This document shows positions 10,345 through 19,443 of a stretch of DNA of 64,000 nt, piece by piece. Origin of the DNA: an uncultured Alphaproteobacteria bacterium (GTDB taxonomy: Bacteria; Pseudomonadota; Alphaproteobacteria; RF32; CAG-239); contig CAKQLP010000004.1 in assembly GCA_934254675.1 (NCBI GenBank), positions 67,713-131,712 on the forward strand, read 5' to 3'. A program made the position numbers and the translations under genes. The first letter of the stretch is position 1. Every line of letters begins with the position of its first letter. The notes under the pieces were generated by a model. The model was not told the DNA's origin and made no database searches. It was given only the letters and a program-made list of their open reading frames with translations.

Positions 10345-10419
10345 GCCATTATAGCTCAGTGGTAGAGCACGTCATTGGTAATGACGGGGTCGCAAGTCCG
10401 ATTCTTGCTAATGGCACCA
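10345..10419 (+). tRNA. tRNA-Thr (anticodon GGU), with the CCA encoded.
   Basis: Cloverleaf: acceptor GCCATTA/TAATGGC, D-arm GCTC-AGTGGTA-GAGC, anticodon stem CGTCA with loop TTGGTAA, T-arm GCAAG-TCCGATT-CTTGC, discriminator A plus CCA. Confidence 0.85.
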
Positions 10420-10425
10420 TTTTTG

Positions 10426-10453
10426 AAAACCGCCTTTTAAAAGGCGGTTTTTT
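10426..10453 (+). terminator. Rho-independent terminator after tRNA-Thr.
   Basis: AAAACCGCC-TTTTAAAA-GGCGGTTTTTT hairpin followed by a T-run. Confidence 0.7.
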
Positions 10454-10734
10454 GCTTTGTTAGGGCTAAATCATAAAAAGTCCAATTGTTTTATTCCCTG
10501 AAATACCATTTTTCCAACGATTATCGGACTTTTTAAGCAAAAGCCAATAAAATCAAGCATTTTTGGTGAAATAAACCCAGTCCGATAAATTTCTAACAAT
10601 AATCGTCAAATGCATCTCCACCGGTCCACTCTTCACCTATAGAGCGTATTTTTTTCTATTCAAAAAGTTTAATATCGTTTTGCATAAATTAAAGCTCCAA
10701 CGTTGAAATTTCTATTTACCATTCTGTTGGGCTT

Positions 10735-11103
10735 TTACATCGTGCCTCCGGATTGGATAATATCATAATCGACGACTTTGCCAGATTTATCAAATCCTAT
10801 AAACAGATTTGTTTCCTCAAAAGTATAATTATCTTGGAACCATGACATAACCCAGCCAATGAGCGGTATCAACCAATGGTATCTTCCGGCACCATATATT
10901 TTTCGATATTCATAATATTCCAAATTGTTTTTCTGAAACACAAGATTCGGCGTTCCGAATTTTTCTCTTGCGTCTGTTTTAGAAGAAACGCCGTCCATTT
11001 GGTTTTCTATACTGATGCGGCTGTCTGCCAATTTTTCATTTCCGATAGTGGTGCTGCAAGATGTCAGAACAATCATCGCAATTACTAATAAGACTTTTTT
11101 CAT
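10735..11103 (-). CDS. Hypothetical lipoprotein.
   Basis: Internal ATG with an AGGAGA SD. Signal peptide MKKVLLVIAMIVLTSC with an LTSC lipobox. Confidence 0.55.
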   Translation of the reverse strand: MKKVLLVIAMIVLTSCSTTIGNEKLADSRISIENQMDGVSSKTDAREKFGTPNLVFQKNNLEYYEYRKIYGAGRYHWLIPLIGWVMSWFQDNYTFEETNLFIGFDKSGKVVDYDIIQSGGTM

Positions 11104-11113
11104 CTGCGCTCTC

Positions 11114-11743
11114 CTATTGAACTTTTGCCAATCTGACAACAAAATTTTGGCCGAATTCTTTTTGCCAATCCATTTTCTGCTTATCTGAAATTTCATCAGA
11201 TTTGTCCGTTATGCTGAAAGAATTCGCCTTAACATGTCCGTCTGCTGAAACCTCATTATCCGTTTTTGTCAATGCAAAATGTCCGATATAGCTCACTTCC
11301 TGCGGGCGCACCGTAAATCTGATTTTGCTGTTGCCCTCATAATGTTCATCTGTTTCTACCACCGTGCGGACGACTTGGGTATTGCCATACTGTTCGGTCG
11401 TTGTATAGATATATTGCAAATAAAGGTTGGTTACCTCGTATGCCCCTATCGGCAGCATCGCCGTATCATATTTGTTGCCGTCCAAGATGGTACTCATATA
11501 AAAAACTTCATTTGTTTTTATATTTTTGAAAGCGACAATATCGTTATAATTGGCGCCAAAGAACCCATCATCGGACACATTGTCCGATAAAGAGGTAATG
11601 ACCACTCCGCGGGCGCCGCTGTTAAACAATGCGGGACGAAACTGACGGCTGGCGCGCAACAGGTCGCTCTCATTCGGCGTTTGCGGAAACGCGCATCCCA
11701 CCACAATCAAGCAAACACTTAGAATTAAAAACAATTTCCGCAT
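11114..11743 (-). CDS. Hypothetical lipoprotein.
   Basis: MRKLFLILSVCLIVVGC lipobox signal. 209 aa. Confidence 0.55.
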   Translation of the reverse strand: MRKLFLILSVCLIVVGCAFPQTPNESDLLRASRQFRPALFNSGARGVVITSLSDNVSDDGFFGANYNDIVAFKNIKTNEVFYMSTILDGNKYDTAMLPIGAYEVTNLYLQYIYTTTEQYGNTQVVRTVVETDEHYEGNSKIRFTVRPQEVSYIGHFALTKTDNEVSADGHVKANSFSITDKSDEISDKQKMDWQKEFGQNFVVRLAKVQ

Positions 11744-12144
11744 TGCATACTCCTTATTAAATCAGCCGCTTAATTTTGAGTTCAGACTAAATGAAATTGA
11801 GGAAAAAGTAAAGAAATAACTTCACAATAACCACAATGGAAATAAGATATTTTATAATATTGTTTCGGCGAAACATTGATATTCTCTGCCTTAAAGCCTT
11901 TATCCGCAAGAATGTTAAAGATAAGCCCGTAACTTTGAAAGACTTTCCATAAGAAGTTCAATTTTATTTGCTAATCGCTTAAAATCCCCATACTCTTTAG
12001 TCTGATAACTGCACAGTATCACGCACCATTTTAATAAAGGCACTCGAGAGAGTGTCTTTTTTGTCATTTATAGAGTTTAATTTATAAATCTCAATAACAG
12101 GATTTTGCAAAAATAATTTATACCTTATCTCATCTGAAAATAGT

Positions 12145-12759
12145 TCAGTCGGTTAATAACTTATGGATATCGTATTCATCATAACCTTCGTAATAATAAC
12201 TAACATCTATTCCTTTCATAAAAACCTCACGTTCATCAATTTTATCCGTTAAAGCATTTTTTAAGAGATGTTTTATTTCAATATCTTTTATAGGACTTCT
12301 TTCCATTGCAGACAGATAATCGGCTTTATCGATTTTATTCCAATCAACAACCCGTTGCAGCTCTTTTTTAAATATTAAATCCAGCCAAATTCTGGTTGCG
12401 CGTCCATTTCCTTCGCGAAAAGGGTAGGCAATGTTCATTTCAACGTATTTTTCCACAATTTCATCAAAAGTTGACTGAGGCATATTTTCAATATATTTTA
12501 ATGATTGTTCTAAATACATAACCGGAGCAAAACGAAAATTTCCTTTTGATATGTTAACATTTCTAATTTCACCGGCAAACTCATAGATATCTTCAAATAA
12601 ATATTTATGAATTTGTTTTAGACCGCTAACCGTACCAGCTTTAATTTTATTAATTTTTCCACTGTCAAAAAATTTTATGGCTTTTTCTTTGCTCGTTTTT
12701 TCTTCAACTTTATTAAGTTCAATTTGATTTGTAATATTTAATTTGTTTTCTAAAACCAT
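12145..12759 (-). CDS. Fic/Doc-family protein with a degenerate active-site motif (YPFREGNGRATR in place of HPFx[D/E]GNGR).
   Basis: The Fic core motif is present, but the catalytic His codon is TAC (Tyr). I re-read the DNA: GCC TAC CCT TTT CGC GAA GGA AAT GGA CGC. Confidence 0.7.
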   Translation of the reverse strand: MVLENKLNITNQIELNKVEEKTSKEKAIKFFDSGKINKIKAGTVSGLKQIHKYLFEDIYEFAGEIRNVNISKGNFRFAPVMYLEQSLKYIENMPQSTFDEIVEKYVEMNIAYPFREGNGRATRIWLDLIFKKELQRVVDWNKIDKADYLSAMERSPIKDIEIKHLLKNALTDKIDEREVFMKGIDVSYYYEGYDEYDIHKLLTD

Positions 12760-12902
12760 TATAAACCATCTTCCAATAAAAAATACATTATATTTTATGA
12801 TAATATAATATTGCTAAAATTTATATAATAAAATCAAATTGCCAACAATTCAGACTGCTGTCGTTACAAACTTTCATCAAAAAATGAATTTTTTTATTTT
12901 GA

Positions 12903-13847
12903 CTATTCAAAACAGTAAGTATTTCTAATTGTCTCTAAATGTTCTTTAGAAAAATATTGTTTTGCCTCTTCCGTTAAATTTCTATAAAGAAGACAATAAT
13001 TCAAAGATGAAGATGTTGAAAAATGTTCTCTCAGTATTTTTTTTACTTTATTAGCATTCTGTTTCATTTTTGAATAATATTCCTTAGAATTTGTATGATG
13101 AAGCCTAAAAGCGGCTAAAACCTTTTTTATCATACCAACTTTTGCCCCATTTATTAACATTTGCGCCCAAAACAGATAATCTTCAGCATTCATGTATTTT
13201 TCGTCATAGCGCATCTTATGATCCAGAACAAATTGCCGTCGATAAGAAGTTCCTGTGTTTTGAATTGCATTAAAAATAAAAATGCTTTCCAGCCAAGCCG
13301 ATCCCCAAATGTTTTCTATATTGAAAAAACCATCTTTTTCCATAGAAACAATATATCCATGCACAAGATCCGTTTGAGGATTTTTATCTATATATGATTT
13401 CGTTTCCGCTAAAAGTTCCGGTAAAAAAGAATCATCCGAATCTAAAGTTGTTATATATTCACCTTTAGCTATGTCTATAAGACGATTGCGATTAAAAGAT
13501 ATTCCTCTGTTTTTGTTATTCTGAATAAAAACAATACGCTTATCCTTTTTCTGGAAAGCCTTTATTAGGCGTGCAGACATATCTTTTGAACCATCATCTA
13601 TTATAACCAATTCAAAATTATCATATGTCTGCGCCAACGCAGAACATATTGAATGTTTTAAATACTCTTCACGGTTATAGGTTGTCATAACAATAGAAAA
13701 AAACGGATGTTCCGGAACTTCAGAAGCATAAGAAATATTTTGAGAACACACTGGATTGCTGTAATGGTATATTTTGACTAAATAACAGAAGCTACATATT
13801 CCTAAAATACAAAACAACGAAATAACAAAATAATTTGAATATTTCAT
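12903..13847 (-). CDS. Family 2 glycosyltransferase (GT-A fold) with an N-terminal TM helix.
   Basis: FSIVMTTYNREEYL...LVIIDDGSKD (DxD). The ORF-table start at 13910 is a TTG, so the ATG at 13847 (MKYSNYFVISLF) is preferred. Confidence 0.7.
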   Translation of the reverse strand: MKYSNYFVISLFCILGICSFCYLVKIYHYSNPVCSQNISYASEVPEHPFFSIVMTTYNREEYLKHSICSALAQTYDNFELVIIDDGSKDMSARLIKAFQKKDKRIVFIQNNKNRGISFNRNRLIDIAKGEYITTLDSDDSFLPELLAETKSYIDKNPQTDLVHGYIVSMEKDGFFNIENIWGSAWLESIFIFNAIQNTGTSYRRQFVLDHKMRYDEKYMNAEDYLFWAQMLINGAKVGMIKKVLAAFRLHHTNSKEYYSKMKQNANKVKKILREHFSTSSSLNYCLLYRNLTEEAKQYFSKEHLETIRNTYCFE

Positions 13848-13890
13848 ATACAAAATTCCCGCATCTAAAGGTAACCTATATTCTATTTTT

Positions 13891-14712
13891 TTACTTTTCA
13901 GGATTGTCAACTAATGACTCATCCATATTATCCAAATCATCCAGATTTGACAATTCATTAAAATTTCGAATATATTCTTCTTTGGTTAAGCAATTTTCTT
14001 TGGCTTTTTTTTCATCCTTATACATATCTTTCCATTCTTCTTTAGTCATTGAAAAATTGCTATTATTTTCTCCTGACATATTCTTGTCATAAACAACCAT
14101 ATATTCCGCATATTCATCAGCCGTAACACATCCGTCTTTATCTTTATCCATTTGAAAATAATTTTCATCAGCAATATTATTGGATACGCTATTAATAAAA
14201 TTATCGGCCATTTCCTCCGGAGAAATTTCTTTTACCTTTTCTATTGCTGTTTTAGCCGCCTCTAATTTTTTCTGCATTTCAGCTATTGCTTCTTCCGGAG
14301 ACTTTTCCGTCAATTCTTTAATTTTTTCAAGACGTTCCTTAGTTTTATTTTCTGTTTCCCATTGCATGACAGATTTAAATTCATTTTTATCCAATTTTAC
14401 ATCTTTGTTTTTATCTGCTTGCTTAAAATAATTTAAAAACCTTTCTTTCTTTTGAGTTTTTTCATCTTTTGATAAATTAAATTCCGTATCTATGCCTTTC
14501 ACAATCATCGAAAATTCATTTTCCGAAACAAAACCATCGTTATTGACATCCGCCACATCAAAAATATTTGAAACCATTTTCTCATTGTCCGAAATGCTCA
14601 TTTCTTTTTGAACACAATCTTTTATTTCCGCAGATGAAAATTCTTGAGCCCGACCATTAAAAATCAGCAAATTACAAATTCCCAAAGCCATCAAACACAG
14701 ATTACGAATCAT
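13891..14712 (-). CDS. Secreted EF-hand calcium-binding protein.
   Basis: Signal peptide MIRNLCLMALGICNLLIFNGRAQ. Three EF-hand loops: DVNNDGFVSENEF, DKNKDVKLDKNEF and DKDKDGCVTADEY. Confidence 0.6.
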   Translation of the reverse strand: MIRNLCLMALGICNLLIFNGRAQEFSSAEIKDCVQKEMSISDNEKMVSNIFDVADVNNDGFVSENEFSMIVKGIDTEFNLSKDEKTQKKERFLNYFKQADKNKDVKLDKNEFKSVMQWETENKTKERLEKIKELTEKSPEEAIAEMQKKLEAAKTAIEKVKEISPEEMADNFINSVSNNIADENYFQMDKDKDGCVTADEYAEYMVVYDKNMSGENNSNFSMTKEEWKDMYKDEKKAKENCLTKEEYIRNFNELSNLDDLDNMDESLVDNPEK

Positions 14713-14738
14713 TTTTAAATCCTTTCTTAATAATTAAA

Positions 14739-15122
14739 TCAATTGCGCAAGTTGCTATACAAATAATAAGCCAAACAGATTATTAAGCAAAACAGCAAAA
14801 GATAAAAAGAAACATAAATAATTCCAGCAGCCAAAATAACTGACAAGAAAAATAGAATTATTTGAAAAAAATATTGTACCCATGTTTTAGAAATCGGCAT
14901 CAACTGGGAAGGGGATCTATCAGCATTTCCATTTAAACCATGGCCGCATTTCAAACAAAACGTTGCATCTGCGGGGAGGTTCGCGCCACATTTATCACAA
15001 ACTCGATACAATCCTTCGCCCGTATCTGTAACTTTATGAAAACAATGCGGACAAAAACGCCATTTTCCAAAGGTGAGGGGTGATATTTCTTTTTGACAAT
15101 TAAAACAATAAAATTTTTTCAT
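14739..15122 (-). CDS. Zinc-ribbon domain membrane protein.
   Basis: Two CxxC...CxxC ribbons (CFNC...CPHC; CDKC...CLKC) and a C-terminal TM segment. AAAGGA SD before the ATG at 15122; the upstream listed start is a TTG. Confidence 0.5.
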   Translation of the reverse strand: MKKFYCFNCQKEISPLTFGKWRFCPHCFHKVTDTGEGLYRVCDKCGANLPADATFCLKCGHGLNGNADRSPSQLMPISKTWVQYFFQIILFFLSVILAAGIIYVSFYLLLFCLIICLAYYLYSNLRN

Positions 15123-15157
15123 AAAACATCCTTTATTCAAATTTCGCTATTTAAAAC

Positions 15158-16930
15158 TTAGTTTGTTTTAATCGGAAAAGCAAGCGGTTGAGATTTTTTC
15201 AAATTCTGTCGAAAATCAGAAACAGACCGATTTTCTTTTATATTTTTAAAAACTTTATTTTTATCTCTTTTATCAATGCACACAAAATTTTTATAAAATG
15301 ACGCTTCTTTTATGACGTTTCGGCAATAAAAATTATCAACACCCAACTCTGTTTTAATCACAAATTGCAAATTATTAAAAACTGTTTTCGCGCCTTCACT
15401 GTCTAAAAAGCGGGTTACATCATATATCGGCGTGTTTCTATCAAACTCATTTAAAAAAGTTTTTAACAGAACAATATAAATCCGGTAATCACTTTCTTTT
15501 TTCAATTCTTGAATTTTATCAAATAAAATATTTCCTTTAGTTGTAAATTCAGCGGCTTCATTAATAAGCTTAACATCCGGATTTTGTTCGGCTATTTTCG
15601 CCATTGAAATACCGACATTTCCAGAAATTGATGAAACAATAGCGTTTTTTGGCAGACTTACTTCTTCAATATCAACAACTTTCTGCATGTTTCGCATATT
15701 ACCCCAGCTTTTATAAGGCAATCCCCATAAAAGTAAAATTGTTAAAAGGACACAAACTCCACCATACAACCATTTGTATAACTTCTTTTCCGGCCAAAAG
15801 TAAGACAAAACTTTCACCAGCATTAAAGATATAATCATCTCCACAGGAATAGCATAGCGGATAATACTGAAAACATAAAACCAAATAAAATAGCCAATTA
15901 CCGCAAATACTATTAAAAATAATGTCGGCTGCGTTATTTTAACGTATTTCCGGCCTTTTTTATGGCACAACAACAAGCCTAGCCCTAACAACATCAGCCA
16001 CCCTAAAGCCAGACGAGCGTCAAACATTTCGGCTTCTGATGTTACTCTTTCACGCCCTTGGAAAGATGCCAAAAAAGGAAATATCAGCCAATTCCACCAA
16101 TTTTTTTCAAAAAATTCGTTATATGTTAAAAAATTTTGCGGGTAATAAGGAGAGTGAAAAATATTGTTCATATATGGATACATCGGGCTTCCCATCTCTT
16201 TAAACAAAATCCAGCCCCACCAGCCATAAGTCAATAAAAATCCGATAAAACCAGTTAAAGCAAAAATTCCGATAGTTTTAAAAGGTGTTTTTAATTTTTT
16301 CCAAAAACATATTAATGTTAAACCCAAAGCCAAACACCAGACAATAATTGTCAGTTTCAAACCTAAAGCCGCTCCCATTAACACACCGGAAAAAGCAAAA
16401 ATCTGCCACCGCTCTTGTTTTAATATAAATAATTCCTTGTATATTAAATATAATCCAACCATTACACAAAGAATAACCGGAATCTCATTAGATGATGTGC
16501 CGTTTTGCACTAAAAAACCAAATCCGGTTAATATAAAGAGCATTGTAAAAAATGTTTGAACTTTTCCTTTAACCGTGTCCACAGAAAAATTCGCTTTAAC
16601 CAACAAGTAAGCGACAAAAGCTAACATTCCCCAATACAAACTATGATACAACTGATAAACAATCGGCGTGTCATTGAAATGTTCAATCAATAAATATGCC
16701 GGAATTTCTATCAACGGATTTAAATATGAATTTTCCACACCAACCGCTATATCCTGAAAAGTCCGCCCTTTGAAAAACGCCCATGCGATGTAGTAGTGAT
16801 AATTATTTATATCTGCAATCACCTCATAACGAAAAACAAAACAAATCGCCATACTCACAAAAATGAAAAAAGACAACATCCCTAAATTGCTTTTCATCAA
16901 ACGAGTCAAAATTTGATTTACCTTTGGCAT
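15158..16930 (-). CDS. Polytopic GT-C-type membrane glycosyltransferase (ArnT/PMT GT39/GT83-like): 11-13 TM helices plus a C-terminal soluble domain.
   Basis: 590 aa. Dense TM helices over the first roughly 400 aa, then a hydrophilic roughly 190-aa tail. GGAG SD. Assignment is by architecture only. Confidence 0.45.
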   Translation of the reverse strand: MPKVNQILTRLMKSNLGMLSFFIFVSMAICFVFRYEVIADINNYHYYIAWAFFKGRTFQDIAVGVENSYLNPLIEIPAYLLIEHFNDTPIVYQLYHSLYWGMLAFVAYLLVKANFSVDTVKGKVQTFFTMLFILTGFGFLVQNGTSSNEIPVILCVMVGLYLIYKELFILKQERWQIFAFSGVLMGAALGLKLTIIVWCLALGLTLICFWKKLKTPFKTIGIFALTGFIGFLLTYGWWGWILFKEMGSPMYPYMNNIFHSPYYPQNFLTYNEFFEKNWWNWLIFPFLASFQGRERVTSEAEMFDARLALGWLMLLGLGLLLCHKKGRKYVKITQPTLFLIVFAVIGYFIWFYVFSIIRYAIPVEMIISLMLVKVLSYFWPEKKLYKWLYGGVCVLLTILLLWGLPYKSWGNMRNMQKVVDIEEVSLPKNAIVSSISGNVGISMAKIAEQNPDVKLINEAAEFTTKGNILFDKIQELKKESDYRIYIVLLKTFLNEFDRNTPIYDVTRFLDSEGAKTVFNNLQFVIKTELGVDNFYCRNVIKEASFYKNFVCIDKRDKNKVFKNIKENRSVSDFRQNLKKSQPLAFPIKTN

Positions 16931-17018
16931 TTTACCTACTCCACATTTATATTTTAATAAATTAGTAAAGAATATATCTTACAATGCCTTATTATTTTGT
17001 TAACGAAAGGAGCTTTCT

Positions 17019-18572
17019 ATGAAAAAAGTTGTAATTATCGGCGCAGGACCAGCCGGTGTAACAGCCGGATATGAACTTTTAAAAAAATCAAAAGATTTCG
17101 ATGTCACAATTTTGGAAGAAAGCAATTTTATCGGCGGCATCGCCCGCACCGCTCAATATAACGGAAATAGAATCGATTTAGGCGGCCACCGCTTTTTTTC
17201 TAAAGATGAAGAAGTCACAGCATGGTGGAATAAAATTATGCCGCTTCAAGGAGCTCCAGCATTTGATGACATATTAACAGGAAGAAAAGTTTCCTTAAAC
17301 CCTGATGGTCCAAACCCCGAAAAAGAAGATGTTGTTTTACTCAAAAGGCGCCGTGTTTCCAGAATTTATTACAAAAAAAACTTCTTTGACTATCCTGTCA
17401 AAATAAACTTAAACACTATTTTTAACATGGGATTACTGACAACGGCAATGGTTGGTTTCAGTTATCTGAAAACATTGGTGCACAAGCTTCCTGAAACATC
17501 TTTGGAAAATTTTTATATTAACCGCTTCGGCAAAAAGCTTTATTCTATGTTTTTTGAAGATTATACAGAAAAACTTTGGGGGCGGCATCCTAAAGAAATT
17601 TCAGCAAACTGGGGAGCTCAACGCGTTAAAGGGCTTTCTATTGTTGCCATTTTTAAGGATATTTTCAGCAAACTTTTGCCTAAATCACCTAAAAACGTTG
17701 AAACATCCTTAATTGAAGAATTCAGCTATCCCAAACTCGGCCCCGGCCAACTTTGGGAGGTTGCTGCAAATGATTTTGAAAAAATGGGCGGAAAGATTAT
17801 AAAAAACGCCAAAGTTATCAAATTTAAGACAAATAAAAATAAATTTAAGGAAGTTATTTTTATTAAGGATGGCAAAGAAATCAGCATGTCCGCAGATATT
17901 GTCATTTCTTCTATGCCGTTAAAAGATTTGGCTGCCGGCTTGGATGCCATTCCAAGTAAAATAGAACGTATTGCCAAAGGCTTGCCATATCGGGATTATG
18001 TTATTGTTTGCCTGATGCTCAATAAAATTAATCTAAAAAATAAAACAAAAATAAAAACCGTTAACAACCTTGTTCCTGATTGCTGGATTTATGTTCAAGA
18101 CCGAGGTGTTAAGCTTGGACGTATCCAAGTGTTTAACAATTGGTCTCCTTATATGGTTGTAAATCCAGAAAAAAATATCTGGATAGGACTGGAACATTTT
18201 TGCAGTGAAGGCGATAAATATTGGAATATGAGTTCAGAAGAATGGAAAGCTTTTGCCATTGACGAACTTTTAAAAATGGGGATAATTTCTTCTGAAAAAG
18301 ATGTTGATGATTCTCATATAGAACGTATCAAAAAAGCTTATCCGGCTTATTTTGACACCTATAAAGATATTGATAAACTCACAAGCTTTTTAAAATCTTT
18401 CGATAACCTGTATTGTATTGGACGAAACGGACAGCATCGATATAACAATATGGACCATTCAATGATTACTTCTTTTTTGGCAGTACGACACATTCTTGGG
18501 GAGCTCAAAGATAAAAATGAAATTTGGAACGTTAATGTTGAAAAAGAATATCACGAAAGCGCCACAGAATAG
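17019..18572 (+). CDS. NAD(P)/FAD-dependent oxidoreductase (amine-oxidase/UDP-galactopyranose-mutase-like fold).
   Basis: N-terminal dinucleotide-binding motif VVIIGAGPAGVTAGYEL...GGIARTAQYNGNRIDLGGHRFF. AGGAG SD. Confidence 0.7.
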   Translation: MKKVVIIGAGPAGVTAGYELLKKSKDFDVTILEESNFIGGIARTAQYNGNRIDLGGHRFFSKDEEVTAWWNKIMPLQGAPAFDDILTGRKVSLNPDGPNPEKEDVVLLKRRRVSRIYYKKNFFDYPVKINLNTIFNMGLLTTAMVGFSYLKTLVHKLPETSLENFYINRFGKKLYSMFFEDYTEKLWGRHPKEISANWGAQRVKGLSIVAIFKDIFSKLLPKSPKNVETSLIEEFSYPKLGPGQLWEVAANDFEKMGGKIIKNAKVIKFKTNKNKFKEVIFIKDGKEISMSADIVISSMPLKDLAAGLDAIPSKIERIAKGLPYRDYVIVCLMLNKINLKNKTKIKTVNNLVPDCWIYVQDRGVKLGRIQVFNNWSPYMVVNPEKNIWIGLEHFCSEGDKYWNMSSEEWKAFAIDELLKMGIISSEKDVDDSHIERIKKAYPAYFDTYKDIDKLTSFLKSFDNLYCIGRNGQHRYNNMDHSMITSFLAVRHILGELKDKNEIWNVNVEKEYHESATE

Positions 18573-18677
18573 AAGTATATAGACAAACTGTCAGGTTTGA
18601 TTTGAAAAAATAGATTTTATCTCTTTAAGCGTAACAGAAAATGTTATGATATTTAAACAAAATTAAAGGAGATATAA

Positions 18678-18825
18678 ATGAAAAAAGAATCAAAATCTTA
18701 TGACAATAAAAAATCATCTCAAAAAATACAACCTACCGTATCTAAAGGCGGATGCGGCTGTGGATGCGGTAGTTCTTCTGTTTCTGAAATAGAAGAAATT
18801 GATGAAGTTTCAATGAATAACAAAT
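18678..18825 (+). CDS. 49-aa Lys-rich peptide containing GGCGCGCG.
   Basis: AAGGAGA SD 6 nt before the ATG. MKKESKSYDNKKSSQKIQPTVSKGGCGCGCGSSSVSEIEEIDEVSMNNK. Not in the ORF track because it is under 60 aa. Hsp20 follows 10 nt downstream. Confidence 0.4.
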
Positions 18826-18835
18826 AGGTGCTTAA

Positions 18836-19324
18836 ATGAAAAATTTGACGGCAAGCGGCACCAATAGCCGCAGCCGCCATTCCAATGTAACCACAGCTCC
18901 TCATGCGGGCTCTGATTTTAATAACTTTATGAATTATTTTTGGAATTATATGGATTTACCCGAAAATTTGCCAGAAGACATGGAACCTCATATTCAAATT
19001 ACAGAAAATAAAGACTCCATATCTGTTATGGCTGAACTTCCGGGAATTGATGAAAAAGATTTGGATTTGCAAATATCTGCCGATGGTTATTTAGCCATTA
19101 GCGGCGAAAAGAAAAACACCTCATCTTCTTCAGAAAAAGATTCGTATTTTTCCGAAATATCATATGGCATGTTTAAAAGAACAATCCCTTTGCCTTGGGA
19201 TTTAGCCTATAATGATGCAGCTGCGACTTATAAAAATGGCGTGCTGTCTGTTTTAATACCAAAAACACAGGTTGAAAAACAAAAATTCAAAAAAATTGCA
19301 ATTAATACAACTAATAAAAACTAG
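18836..19324 (+). CDS. Small heat-shock protein (Hsp20/alpha-crystallin family).
   Basis: Alpha-crystallin domain (ITENKDSISVMAELPGIDEKDLDLQI...NGVLSVLIPK). AGGTG SD before the ATG. Confidence 0.75.
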   Translation: MKNLTASGTNSRSRHSNVTTAPHAGSDFNNFMNYFWNYMDLPENLPEDMEPHIQITENKDSISVMAELPGIDEKDLDLQISADGYLAISGEKKNTSSSSEKDSYFSEISYGMFKRTIPLPWDLAYNDAAATYKNGVLSVLIPKTQVEKQKFKKIAINTTNKN

Positions 19325-19333
19325 CTCTATTTA

Positions 19334-19363
19334 ACTCTGTTTCATGTGAAACAGAGTTTTTTT
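19334..19363 (+). terminator. Rho-independent terminator after the Hsp20 operon.
   Basis: AACTCTGTTTCA-TG-TGAAACAGAGTTTTTTT. Confidence 0.7.
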
Positions 19364-19443
19364 ATAAAAGAAAAAGACCTTAATCAAAATTTAAATTCTT
19401 TTGTTTAGAATTAAGTAATCTTTTATATTGATTGAGGATTAAT

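Noticed and set aside
12903-13910. The listed start of the GT2 gene at 13910 and of the zinc-ribbon gene at 15140.
   Set aside because: Both are TTG codons without SD. Downstream ATG codons with better context are more plausible.
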